Below are positions 1 to 9,100 of a stretch of DNA of 63,550 nucleotides, piece by piece. Position 1 is the stretch's first letter, and the number at the start of each line of letters is the position of its first letter. The notes beneath the pieces were generated by a model that did no database searches, was not told the DNA's origin, and saw nothing but the letters and a program-made list of their open reading frames with translations. The position numbers and the translations under genes are program-made. This stretch comes from a virus (taxonomy: Duplodnaviria > Caudoviricetes): the IMG/VR virus record IMGVR_UViG_3300035201_000143, positions 1-63,550 of that record; one strand, given 5' to 3'.

Positions 1-1
1 T

Positions 2-1615
2 ATCACCATAAGCCCACATCTCACCTTCAGCATCTATAAAGGTATCATCACCTAATCCATCATCAATGAATCCGAATGGAGCCATGTCCTGTTCAATCTG
101 ATTCCTTTGTTCTTCATATATCCTTCGCCTGACATCTTGATCTGTCATCTCTTTGAAATAGTCTTGCATGACCAACCAAGAGAACAGTACTAAACACATT
201 ACCAAATCATCATGGTATCCTTCATCTGCTTCCCATGCTTGTTTCTTCTGAATAAATGTCGTTAATTCTTGAAGTATATGAAAATCACAGAACGTTAATT
301 TATCTTCTTCTAATACTGCTTTAAGGTTTGCACATCCCTGCTTCTTAACAGTGATACTCATCTTGACACCCAACTGTGTCTTGTTACCTGAGAACCCTTG
401 TCCTACTATCTGACCTGCTCTACCACGCATTGCACACATCAATACGTTAGGATATTCTAGATCATAATTAAGCATTGATCCAATACTATCACCAATATCA
501 TTAACCTCTACGAGGATATATGGGAGATTATAATTCTTTGCTACTCCGAAAATGACGGACGGAAACATGATAGGCTTAATCTCATTATCACGGTATTTGG
601 CAACAACTTTATACGGGAGAGTGGTGATATCAAACACGATGAAAGCACTATAGTCGCCACCAATTCCTCTGGCAACATCGACAGTAATAATATATTCGTG
701 ATCGTCTTGTGCTCGTTCGTAAACATCAAGTCCTGCATTGCTTTGTATTGGATCTTTAAATGGTATATTCTGTAGCTTAGAAGGAGAGATGAGAGTGTCA
801 GCAGATCCAAGAAAGTCGCATTCAAATTCCTGTGCGAACTGTCTCTTGGACGTATTCTTCATCGTCTCCTCTTTCCATTTAGCATCTCTGCCTGGAACTT
901 GAGACCAATGAACTTCATTTGTAACATATCCATTCTTACCATTTCTGGCATCCTCCCACATCTTATAGAAGTGGTTCATGCCATTTGGCGTGGATATTAT
1001 AATAACTTTTGTAGACTTACCAGAAGTAATAGTAGGATACACACTAGCAAAAAACTGCTCGGCCACATGGTTAGGGACGAAAGCAAACTCATCGAGGAAG
1101 AGTATATTGAAAGACATTCCTCTAACAGCACTAGCACTGGTTGAAGCAGCCATGATTTTAGACCCATTTTCTAACTCCAGAGATCCTTTGTTCCATACCA
1201 AAACACCATGTTGCATCCACTTAGGTAGATTCTCATATGCTAATTGTAACCTACCCAAGAGTTCCCTAGCAGTAGAAGCTTTGTTAGCAAGAATACCAAT
1301 GTTAACGCTATCGTTAAAGATAGAATAATGTAACAAGTATGCGACCACTGTTGTGGATTTACCAGTCTGACGAGGCAGCTTAGCAATGTTGAATCTGTTT
1401 TCATGGAAGTCCATCAAAATCTTTTGCTGGAAATCATACATGGAGAAAGGTACAAGACCTTCATCCAAGTTAATGATCTGCATATAAGTCATTGCAAAAT
1501 AGAGTGGATCATTCTTACATTTGATCCACTCCTCTACCTGTTTCTTTGTAAATTGTATCTCAGTACCAGCCTTCTTAAGGTTGGGATTACCTAGATAAAC
1601 CTCAGTCTTAGCCAT
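2..1615 (-). CDS. gp17: Terminase large subunit (3' end runs off the window)
   Basis: Not in the ORF track because no stop lies in the window. Manual translation from ATG at 1615 gives MAKTEVYLGNPNLKKAG, Walker A LPRQTGKST, Walker B ILFLDEFAF and a C-terminal QIEQDMAPFGFIDDG typical of cyanophage gp17. Start overlaps the stop of the nuclease gene. Confidence 0.96.
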   Translation of the reverse strand, partial: MAKTEVYLGNPNLKKAGTEIQFTKKQVEEWIKCKNDPLYFAMTYMQIINLDEGLVPFSMYDFQQKILMDFHENRFNIAKLPRQTGKSTTVVAYLLHYSIFNDSVNIGILANKASTARELLGRLQLAYENLPKWMQHGVLVWNKGSLELENGSKIMAASTSASAVRGMSFNILFLDEFAFVPNHVAEQFFASVYPTITSGKSTKVIIISTPNGMNHFYKMWEDARNGKNGYVTNEVHWSQVPGRDAKWKEETMKNTSKRQFAQEFECDFLGSADTLISPSKLQNIPFKDPIQSNAGLDVYERAQDDHEYIITVDVARGIGGDYSAFIVFDITTLPYKVVAKYRDNEIKPIMFPSVIFGVAKNYNLPYILVEVNDIGDSIGSMLNYDLEYPNVLMCAMRGRAGQIVGQGFSGNKTQLGVKMSITVKKQGCANLKAVLEEDKLTFCDFHILQELTTFIQKKQAWEADEGYHDDLVMCLVLFSWLVMQDYFKEMTDQDVRRRIYEEQRNQIEQDMAPFGFIDDGLGDDTFIDAEGEMWAYGD

Positions 1616-2069
1616 TTAACAAACCATGTTTCCTACGTATTGTACGTAGTTCTTCAAAATCTTTCTTCTTGGTTCCACCATCATATGCCCAAGCATACCC
1701 TAGTTGAATCATTTGCTCATTGATGGACACGTTAGATTCCCCAATGTAAAGCCAACCCAGAAGGCGGCCGTACTTGCCGACACCACCACGAAGCTCAGTA
1801 CGAATAACCAACTCGTCATCACCCCGAATAGTGTTAGTGAGTTTTTCTTTGAGCCAGTTCGTTGCGTCAATGCCAAGTGCTTTCTCCTCTAAATCTCTAG
1901 TTCTCTTCTCTGGTGTATCAATACCAGCTACCCTAACTCTTTCTTTTTTTGTTAAGTCAAATCCCAAATCAATTGTTACATCTATTGTGTCGCCATCAAC
2001 TACTTTGTTGATCTTGACCACTCGGAAGTTGTAACAACTCTTCCTTGACGGTGGTTTCATTATAGTCAT
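1608..2069 (-). CDS. Thermonuclease (SNase-like) family nuclease
   Basis: VVDGDTIDV, RVRVAGIDTPE, GKYGRLLG and INEQMIQLGYA are staphylococcal-nuclease-family motifs. Confidence 0.88.
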   Translation of the reverse strand: MTIMKPPSRKSCYNFRVVKINKVVDGDTIDVTIDLGFDLTKKERVRVAGIDTPEKRTRDLEEKALGIDATNWLKEKLTNTIRGDDELVIRTELRGGVGKYGRLLGWLYIGESNVSINEQMIQLGYAWAYDGGTKKKDFEELRTIRRKHGLLNG

Positions 2070-2157
2070 CGTATTTAAAAATCCAATATATGAAAATTCC
2101 TACTGCTATTAGTAGTATTGCTATCATTATATTTATAGACCATATTACATCATTCAT
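1996..2157 (-). CDS. Small single-pass membrane protein, 53 aa (below the ORF-track cutoff)
   Basis: Manual translation MNDVIWSINIMIAILLIAVGIFIYWIFKYDDYNETTVKEELLQLPSGQDQQSS*. ATGA start/stop overlap with the upstream ORF at 2154-2157. One strong hydrophobic helix. Confidence 0.65.
   Translation of the reverse strand: MNDVIWSINIMIAILLIAVGIFIYWIFKYDDYNETTVKEELLQLPSGQDQQSS
2130..2137 (-). promoter_or_regulatory. T4-type late promoter TATAAATA upstream of nuclease/gp17
   Basis: Exact TATAAATA on the minus strand, ~60 nt upstream of the nuclease start, but inside a small ORF. Confidence 0.5.
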
Positions 2158-2411
2158 GACCATGCCTCATATGATGGTTCATCCTCTCCAACATAATGTA
2201 TAAAGTTTTCAGTATCGAAATAAGATATACCACTCTTACCTTCTCTCTCATCTAATACTTCATTGATAAGTATCTTCAACTCCTTAGCATAGGTCTCAGT
2301 GAATAACCTACGAGGTCTAATCTTTGCAGGTTTATATTCCTGTGGTTTATTATCAGGGATATAATTAGGATCGACTGGTCCACCCATCCCTTGAGTGTCT
2401 ATCTTACTCAT
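2154..2411 (-). CDS. Hypothetical phage protein (85 aa)
   Basis: Tightly packed minus-strand ORF overlapping both neighbours by 4-8 nt. Confidence 0.75.
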   Translation of the reverse strand: MSKIDTQGMGGPVDPNYIPDNKPQEYKPAKIRPRRLFTETYAKELKILINEVLDEREGKSGISYFDTENFIHYVGEDEPSYEAWS

Positions 2412-2736
2412 AATGATCCTCCAATCCTTCTACTTCTGTGAATTTATGATCTGGACCATAGTATCTCTCTAGTGCATTATGATGTGGTGCATCTGTACCT
2501 ACCTCTTGTTTCTCAGGTAGTGTCCTTGCCCATGGTAACTCAGTCTGTATACCATCAGGTTCCCAGAACCATTGATCTACACCATCCTCAGAATCTTTTA
2601 TATTTGTGTAACCATAAAAAGAACCATCCTCTCTCTGATAGAGAAAGTGATGGTCGTGAGGATTTAGTAACCACATCTTTGATAGTTTATCAGTGGTCTT
2701 ATATCCTATCTCTTCCTTAGTTAATTTTTTTACCAT
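2404..2736 (-). CDS. Hypothetical phage protein (110 aa)
   Basis: Packed minus-strand ORF with natural composition. Confidence 0.75.
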   Translation of the reverse strand: MVKKLTKEEIGYKTTDKLSKMWLLNPHDHHFLYQREDGSFYGYTNIKDSEDGVDQWFWEPDGIQTELPWARTLPEKQEVGTDAPHHNALERYYGPDHKFTEVEGLEDHYE

Positions 2737-3047
2737 TTGGGTATCTTGTTGATGCCAGCTTTAATCATATCATTCTCTATAATAACCTTAGTTTTCTCTG
2801 CAATATCATCCAAGATATTAACATCAAGATCCATGAATGGTGGAATGATACCAAGTATGCGAAGTAATCCATCTAAAAATAATGCAAGACATGTGAATCC
2901 TAAGATCATACTAATGATCGTTGCTTCTCTATTATGCTTTCTCATCGAAGCTTCATCAATAGCACGTGCTTCTGCAAGAGCATCAGCAATCATTATATCG
3001 ACTTCCTCCTTTGTGTAACATAAACTTTTGATTTTATCATCCGTCAT
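2730..3047 (-). CDS. Hypothetical membrane protein (105 aa)
   Basis: Hydrophobic segment ATIISMILGFTCLALFLDGLLRILGIIPPF; packed between neighbouring ORFs. Confidence 0.75.
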   Translation of the reverse strand: MTDDKIKSLCYTKEEVDIMIADALAEARAIDEASMRKHNREATIISMILGFTCLALFLDGLLRILGIIPPFMDLDVNILDDIAEKTKVIIENDMIKAGINKIPKW

Positions 3048-3225
3048 TTGCTACGCTAGACACAGCACAGTACCCTTGCTCACAGAGCTTATTGATCTTA
3101 TCGATCAAATGTTGGTACTCATCCCACATATATTCTGAACCAGTTTGTTCCTGATAGAGCTTACATGCAGTGGTTAGACGATGCACGTCTGTTTCGTTTA
3201 GTCTCATATCTTTCACTTCTTCCAT
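3037..3225 (-). CDS. Small hypothetical protein (true start may be MRLNETD at 3207)
   Basis: Helical LTTACKLYQEQTGSEYMWDEY segment; lies directly downstream of a sigma70-like promoter. Confidence 0.7.
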   Translation of the reverse strand: MEEVKDMRLNETDVHRLTTACKLYQEQTGSEYMWDEYQHLIDKINKLCEQGYCAVSSVANDG

Positions 3226-3231
3226 CCTTAT

Positions 3232-3260
3232 ATTATAATAGATTTTTAATTATTTTGCAA
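3232..3260 (-). promoter_or_regulatory. Host sigma70-like (early-type) promoter TTGCAA-N17-TATAAT
   Basis: Minus strand: -35 TTGCAA (3260-3255), 17-nt AT-rich spacer, perfect -10 TATAAT (3237-3232), in the gap after gp16. Confidence 0.6.
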
Positions 3261-3273
3261 TCCTAACTTAATG

Positions 3274-3687
3274 CTATTTTGATTTCCCCATCTGCTTTAG
3301 CATTTTTTGTAGTTCTGCTGTAGAACCTACAAACATAGCATTGTTAGTTACTTTACTTGGACCTTTTTTCTCTTCATCTAAATCAGCAACTTTCTTCTGT
3401 AGATCCATTAGTTTATCAGTCATGTCTGCTACCTGCTTCATGGCGTTTGTAGCAACTTCATATGCTCTTGGATGCCCTGACTCCTGTGCGACCTCTAACG
3501 CCCCTCTGACCGCCTCCTGACCCTGATCTATGAGACTATACAATTCCCCTCTAGTATATTCATAGTCCTTCTCTCTGTCCTCTGTGACATCTTTAGTTTG
3601 TTTCTTCCTAGTTGTACATCCACCTTCAGGTGTGTTGGATACATCAATGTCCAACATCTCTTCCATATTCTTATCTAGTTTGCTCAT
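3274..3687 (-). CDS. gp16: Terminase small subunit
   Basis: DYEYTRGELYSLI, GHPRAYEVA and NNAMFVGSTAELQKML motifs; synteny gp15-gp16-gp17. Confidence 0.93.
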   Translation of the reverse strand: MSKLDKNMEEMLDIDVSNTPEGGCTTRKKQTKDVTEDREKDYEYTRGELYSLIDQGQEAVRGALEVAQESGHPRAYEVATNAMKQVADMTDKLMDLQKKVADLDEEKKGPSKVTNNAMFVGSTAELQKMLKQMGKSK

Positions 3688-4499
3688 AATATTTCAAAAC
3701 CTTCATTAAATCCAAAGTCATCTGTAGAAATTACCAGATCATCATCTGCTGTATCAATAACACCATCTGCATTCTTATCTTCTAGAGCCTTAGGTGAGTA
3801 AGATCTCTCAACATTCCTCTTACTTACATTCTTGTCACCAATAGTTTCAATGACACGTGCCTTACGAATGACATCTGCCTTGCTGTAAGGACCGTAGATG
3901 TAAGACTTAACAGTAAACTGTAGAGTCCAAACTATACTCCTTCTTTCTAAGAAACTATCATCCCAATCATCTGCATAGTCAACACTGTTTAGGATGCATG
4001 CTATGTCACGTTTTTCATTCATGTCTGGAATGAAATTTAATGTGATATTAAATGACGGTTGGAAATATGGAAGTATCTGTTCTAGTATCTGTAGAGCATC
4101 ATCAGATGACTTGGCAATAATACCAAGTTCAAATGACATGTCATAAGGTACTGGAACAAATTGTGTTGTTATTGCTTTTGCGTTGTCTGCATTACCAGCA
4201 GCAGGAATAGCAGCTTTAATCTTTTTGATAGCACTAGTCTTTCTGCCACTATCGTATGTTACATTAGTTAACTCAAAGTATAGACGTGGTAGTTTAATTG
4301 CAACCTTCTTTGTTACGTCTGGACTTTGTTCTAACCTATAAAGGAATTTATTTTTAGGACCATATGCTAAAGGAACCTTCTCAGATTCTATAACAGTTCC
4401 AGCAGCGTCCTTTTTTTGAATTTCTATATTATTAAAAAGCGTACCAAAACCAATAACTGATTTACGTATCGCTTCATTATAAAAATGTGGTCCCAACAT
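3684..4499 (-). CDS. gp15: Tail sheath stabilizer / tail completion protein
   Basis: HFYNEAIRKSVIGFGTLFNNI, VPLAYGPK, PVPYD and DALQILEQILPYFQP are T4 gp15 signatures. Confidence 0.95.
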   Translation of the reverse strand: MLGPHFYNEAIRKSVIGFGTLFNNIEIQKKDAAGTVIESEKVPLAYGPKNKFLYRLEQSPDVTKKVAIKLPRLYFELTNVTYDSGRKTSAIKKIKAAIPAAGNADNAKAITTQFVPVPYDMSFELGIIAKSSDDALQILEQILPYFQPSFNITLNFIPDMNEKRDIACILNSVDYADDWDDSFLERRSIVWTLQFTVKSYIYGPYSKADVIRKARVIETIGDKNVSKRNVERSYSPKALEDKNADGVIDTADDDLVISTDDFGFNEGFEIL

Positions 4500-5380
4500 T
4501 AGAAGTCACCTGTTGTAAAATTACCAAACTCTCCAAAGGGGTTAACCTCACCCCAATCGATTAAATCATCAGCAGCATCTTCGATTTCTCTATTGTCTGC
4601 TGCTGCCCTATCACCCATCGTCAAATTGTCAATGGTAGTGATACTTCTTGCTGTGGTACTAGTACCTCCAGTAAGAGTCTCACCAGTTAGGAAGTTCCCT
4701 GTTCTATTTATGATGGTTAGTATATCGGTTGAACGATCCCAATATGCAACCTCACCTGTAACACCAGTGGTAGAACCAGTTATAGTTTCACTAAGTGAGT
4801 ACTCACCAGTACCAGCAGTATCCATTTGTATAGAGATAGAAGTGGAATATATCTCTTCTACTACATCTACTTCTGGTATACCAGTCTCAAACTTATCATC
4901 ACCAATCTGATAAAGCTCAGCACTCATTTGATAGATGTATGTCTGACCTAACTGATAGAAAGGAGCTTCTCTTTCTACATACTTGATTTCATACAATGCT
5001 TTCGTGAGTGGATAGTATATTAAATCCCCTTCATTGGGTCTACCATCTACAGTAGTAATGTCTGCAAACTCTTGAAATACCTGACTCCATCTATTCTTTG
5101 ATACAACAAAGGAGATTTCATCTGATATTGTTAGACCAAACTTACTAATAAATTCTGACGGTGATCCAAATCCCTCAACGTTAATCAGGAACATCTCAAT
5201 CATATACTGATTCTTAAATTCAGAATACAGAACATCATCAAGGGTATTATCCTTGATCATCTTACGTGGAAGATAATAGCAGTCAGTTCCAAATAATTTT
5301 ATTTGTTCATCAACAAGTGATTGTATGAGAGACTGCTCACTCGTAACACCACCATGTTGAGGAAAGTATATACTCTTCAT
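4499..5380 (-). CDS. gp14: Neck protein (head-tail connector)
   Basis: EQSLIQSLVDEQIKLFGTDCYYLPR, SKFGL, RPNEGDLIYYP, PFYQLG and C-terminal EVNPFGE. Confidence 0.94.
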   Translation of the reverse strand: MKSIYFPQHGGVTSEQSLIQSLVDEQIKLFGTDCYYLPRKMIKDNTLDDVLYSEFKNQYMIEMFLINVEGFGSPSEFISKFGLTISDEISFVVSKNRWSQVFQEFADITTVDGRPNEGDLIYYPLTKALYEIKYVEREAPFYQLGQTYIYQMSAELYQIGDDKFETGIPEVDVVEEIYSTSISIQMDTAGTGEYSLSETITGSTTGVTGEVAYWDRSTDILTIINRTGNFLTGETLTGGTSTTARSITTIDNLTMGDRAAADNREIEDAADDLIDWGEVNPFGEFGNFTTGDF

Positions 5381-6186
5381 CCTATCATATCCATAGGTGG
5401 TAGTTCATAGGTGCTCGAAGACATTTCCATCAGTCTTGCAATTTCGTCATTAGCATCATTGAACAATTCTCTACCATTGAGTTGGACACCACCTGGTAGA
5501 TTAACACCTTGAAACTTAATTAAATTCTGACCCCACTGCCTCTTTATCTTAGCAGTAGAATATTGTTTTACAAAAGGATCGTTATAAACTTGTGTGAAAG
5601 TATCTGGTTCTAATGCTCTATAACATTGTATAACAAGATATAATTCTTCCGTTAACATTGATTCGTCAATGTCAAGATATAATCTATCTTGCCTCTGGTT
5701 AAACCTATACTCAACAAATGCTCCATTGTTTAGAACCATGTCAATAGTTTCTAACCACTGCTTAACCATGAAGTAGTTAAGCATGTCAAGAGAACCAAAA
5801 GCATACAAATCATTCAAGAAGATCTGATACTCAATACCAAATAAGTTGTTACGAATAGCGTTACTTGCTAATCCATACACTTTAGATATCCCCATTACGT
5901 GTTGAGGAATCATAATATAATTATCTGATCGTTCCCATTTAGTACTATCAGCATCTGTCATGATAGTCTCAGACTTGCCATCAAATCTGGCTTTGTCATC
6001 TGCTGTGATCTTATGTTTTAAGTACATCAACTCCATACCATCATAATGACGCTCCCTGTAATATTGGAGAGCGTCATCAATAGCATCACTTACTTGATCA
6101 TCATCAACATTGACTTCAAGTACAGGAGCACCTAGTTGCCTTTTGCAGTAATCTGCTAATTGTGTTCTACTAGCTGGTTGTGCCAT
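5377..6186 (-). CDS. gp13: Neck protein
   Basis: YCKRQLGAPVLEVNVDDDQ, KRQWGQNLIKFQGVNLPGGVQLNG and C-terminal YELPPMDMIG. Confidence 0.95.
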   Translation of the reverse strand: MAQPASRTQLADYCKRQLGAPVLEVNVDDDQVSDAIDDALQYYRERHYDGMELMYLKHKITADDKARFDGKSETIMTDADSTKWERSDNYIMIPQHVMGISKVYGLASNAIRNNLFGIEYQIFLNDLYAFGSLDMLNYFMVKQWLETIDMVLNNGAFVEYRFNQRQDRLYLDIDESMLTEELYLVIQCYRALEPDTFTQVYNDPFVKQYSTAKIKRQWGQNLIKFQGVNLPGGVQLNGRELFNDANDEIARLMEMSSSTYELPPMDMIG

Positions 6187-6194
6187 ATGACCTC

Positions 6195-9100
6195 TTATGC
6201 TTGTGCTTCACCCCATCTGAGGTTGATCGTGCTGTTGAATGCACTACCTGACGTACAGTAAACGTTAATCGCCAAAACGTCAGGTCCATTCGGGAACGTA
6301 CCTCGACCACCGATAGGAGTATTAGTCAACTCTTTAAGTTCGGTCAAGTCAATACCATCCCTTTGTCCTGGTGCTGCCACGAAGGAGAAGATTCGTTCGC
6401 CTGGCTGAGCATATGGAGGAACAATGAATGTATATGTTGTACTACCAGAAGTTCCTGGATACGTGTTCTGAGAGAAGACGATCCATACTTGAGTACTTCC
6501 AGAGTTTCTAATCTGCGATACAGTAGAACCACCAGGTAGTTGTCCACCAGTCGCTTGCATACCTACCTCAACTCCCTGAACGTCTGCTTTGTTGAATCGA
6601 ACCCACCTAGTCCAGTAGTTCCTAGTAGTACTGTTGGTAGCAGTAATGTTAGCACCACCAGCACTCCAAACAGCACTAGATCCAGATGCAATCTGAGCGA
6701 ATGATGGTTGTCCACCTTCACCAGATGTATTCAAACCACCCCATGTAATATCAGCAACGTTTGCTGGATAGTTAATTGGATTTAAAATTCCTTCAACGAT
6801 AACTCCTTGAGAAGAACTACCACCCTGTGTAGTAATTTCTACACTCTTCAGTAGCAACTGCGCCCTGTTAATTAGTTCCCTCTCACCCAAGTCACCAGTC
6901 AGTGCGTTAGATACACTAGGTGATAGACGAATTAGGAAGACCGTATACGGCGTGACTGAGATCTCAATCTCAGATTCCTGATAGTTGAAGAGGTATCCTC
7001 TATCTTCATCGAAGCCACCGTCTGTTAGATATGCAGAACCCCAGTGGTTAATCTGTGGTGTTGCAGTAGTGGTGAGTAGGATAACACCCTCGTTCCTACT
7101 ATAGGATCCTGCTGCTCCAGCAGTGTATGTTCTGTTTGCTCCAGCAGTATAGTTGTTTAAGTTTGCTGTTCTTGTAAGACCAACCAATCGGTTAAGACTT
7201 ATATTTCTAGAAGAATAACGAATCAATTCGTTACCAACATAAACAACACCTGTTTCTGGGAATAGAGTTACATCAGTAACTGGAAGATACTCAACCATTG
7301 TATCTGATACAGCAGTTGTCAACTTAGTTCTTGGTCCTTCGTTTAGAACCTCATACCTAACAGGTAAGTTACCTGAACGCATGAACGCTTCTCTGTTTCT
7401 GTTGTTGTTCTTAAGTCTGTGTGCGAACACAAAGTTACCTGATGGACCTCTGAACATCCAGTCAATAAATCCAGCACCATACCATGTATACTGGAATCCA
7501 ATCATCTGCATGGTATTGATCTGAAGTGCGTATCCTGATTTACCAGTACCATCACATCTATCAATGTTCCACTGTGATTGTGGAATAATAATATCCTTAG
7601 TCAGTGCAGCTTTTGTATTAACTGCTCCAACCGCACCCCTATAGTCAGGGTTAACTGTTAAGTTGGTATCATCTATAATAGAAGTAACAACATGACTCAT
7701 TCCACGAATAACCAACCTGTCACCAGTAGTTAACTGTTCAGTGAATTTGGTATTGCTTCCTTGTATGAGGTTGTTATCTGGAGTAGCACTTACAGTACCA
7801 GCAATCTGGAATGTAGAAGATCTTAGACCAACAGATAGGTTTGTTCCATCATACTGGAAGAAGATACCATTCTGATCATCGAACGCACCAGATCGTACAG
7901 TAGAACCTTTCCACTTATACAGAGATATACTTGGTTGTTGACCGAACTCACCATTAGTAGCACCAAGTGTACCTGTAGCCAAGACAGTCAATGTAATTTC
8001 ATTAATGATACTTGCAACAATGTAATGACCATCATATCCAGAAGTGGTGATACCATTAAGAGCGATCTCAGCACCAACCTGTAGACCATGATCAACGTCA
8101 TCAGTAACTACAGTAATAATAGCACCAAGACCCGTACCATCAGAAGTAACTGATCTTAGGTCATATGAAGGAGCGAATAGAGCACCAGTAGTATACTGAA
8201 TACCTTTACCTGACTGGTATCTAATGTACTTTTTAGATTGACGAATCGCCTGAGCACCGTGTGATGGTGAACCTGTTCCTAGTTGTACACCACCGTCAAA
8301 TGGTCTGTGTGTATAGAAACAGTCTGGTCTAGTATAGAGTTCACCCTGTAAAGTTACTCCAGTATCAATAGTACCAGTTGTTCTTGTAGTATAAACAAAC
8401 TTATCTAGACTTGGAACTTCTTCAATGAAGAACGGTCCTGAAGCAAGATCATGGTTGTTACCAGTAGAACTGACAGCACATAGAATTGTATTTCCTGGAA
8501 CCAATCCGTGATTATTACTAAAGGTTGCACTGATTCTTGCGATAGCAGAATAGGTTATATTAGTACCATTATTAATAGCACCAGATGTAACGGAAGATAG
8601 AGATATAGCTGGATAGAAAGCAATACTCTCTCCTGATACTGGAGTACCAGAAGCAGTGATAGCAGTAACTTCTCCAGTTAGATAATCAATGTCGGTGACA
8701 GTAATAGTCATATCGTTGACACCAGCAACACCACCCAGTTCTTGACCACCTATACTGAACTGATAACCAATCTGGTATCCACTACCACCATTGGCAATTT
8801 CAGGAGCATAGTTACCACCAGAAATCTTAGGTAAGAATGTTGCGTTAAATGCTGTATTGTTAGCACCAAGTGATTGGAATGATGCATTACCAGAAGCTGC
8901 TGTACCACCAATACTGAATGCAGTGATCTCACCAGATGCACCAACACTAGTTATAGTAACAGTTAAGTCATGAGTAGCAGTTTCACCACCTAAGATTCCA
9001 CCGTCAATAATGATAGTATCATTTGGTTGGTAACTAGAACCTGCGTTGGTTAGAACAGCAGAGTATGTTGGTGTTGTGGTTGTATTCTCGTTAGGAGTAA

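Noticed and set aside
541-1594. Track ORFs 541..825, 899..1144, 978..1328 and 1403..1594
   Set aside because: Shadows of gp17, which occupies 2..1615 on the minus strand in another frame.
1608-2069. Nuclease next to gp17 as a homing endonuclease or intron
   Set aside because: Motifs are SNase-type, not HNH, GIY-YIG or LAGLIDADG; gp17 is of normal length with no sign of an intron or intein.
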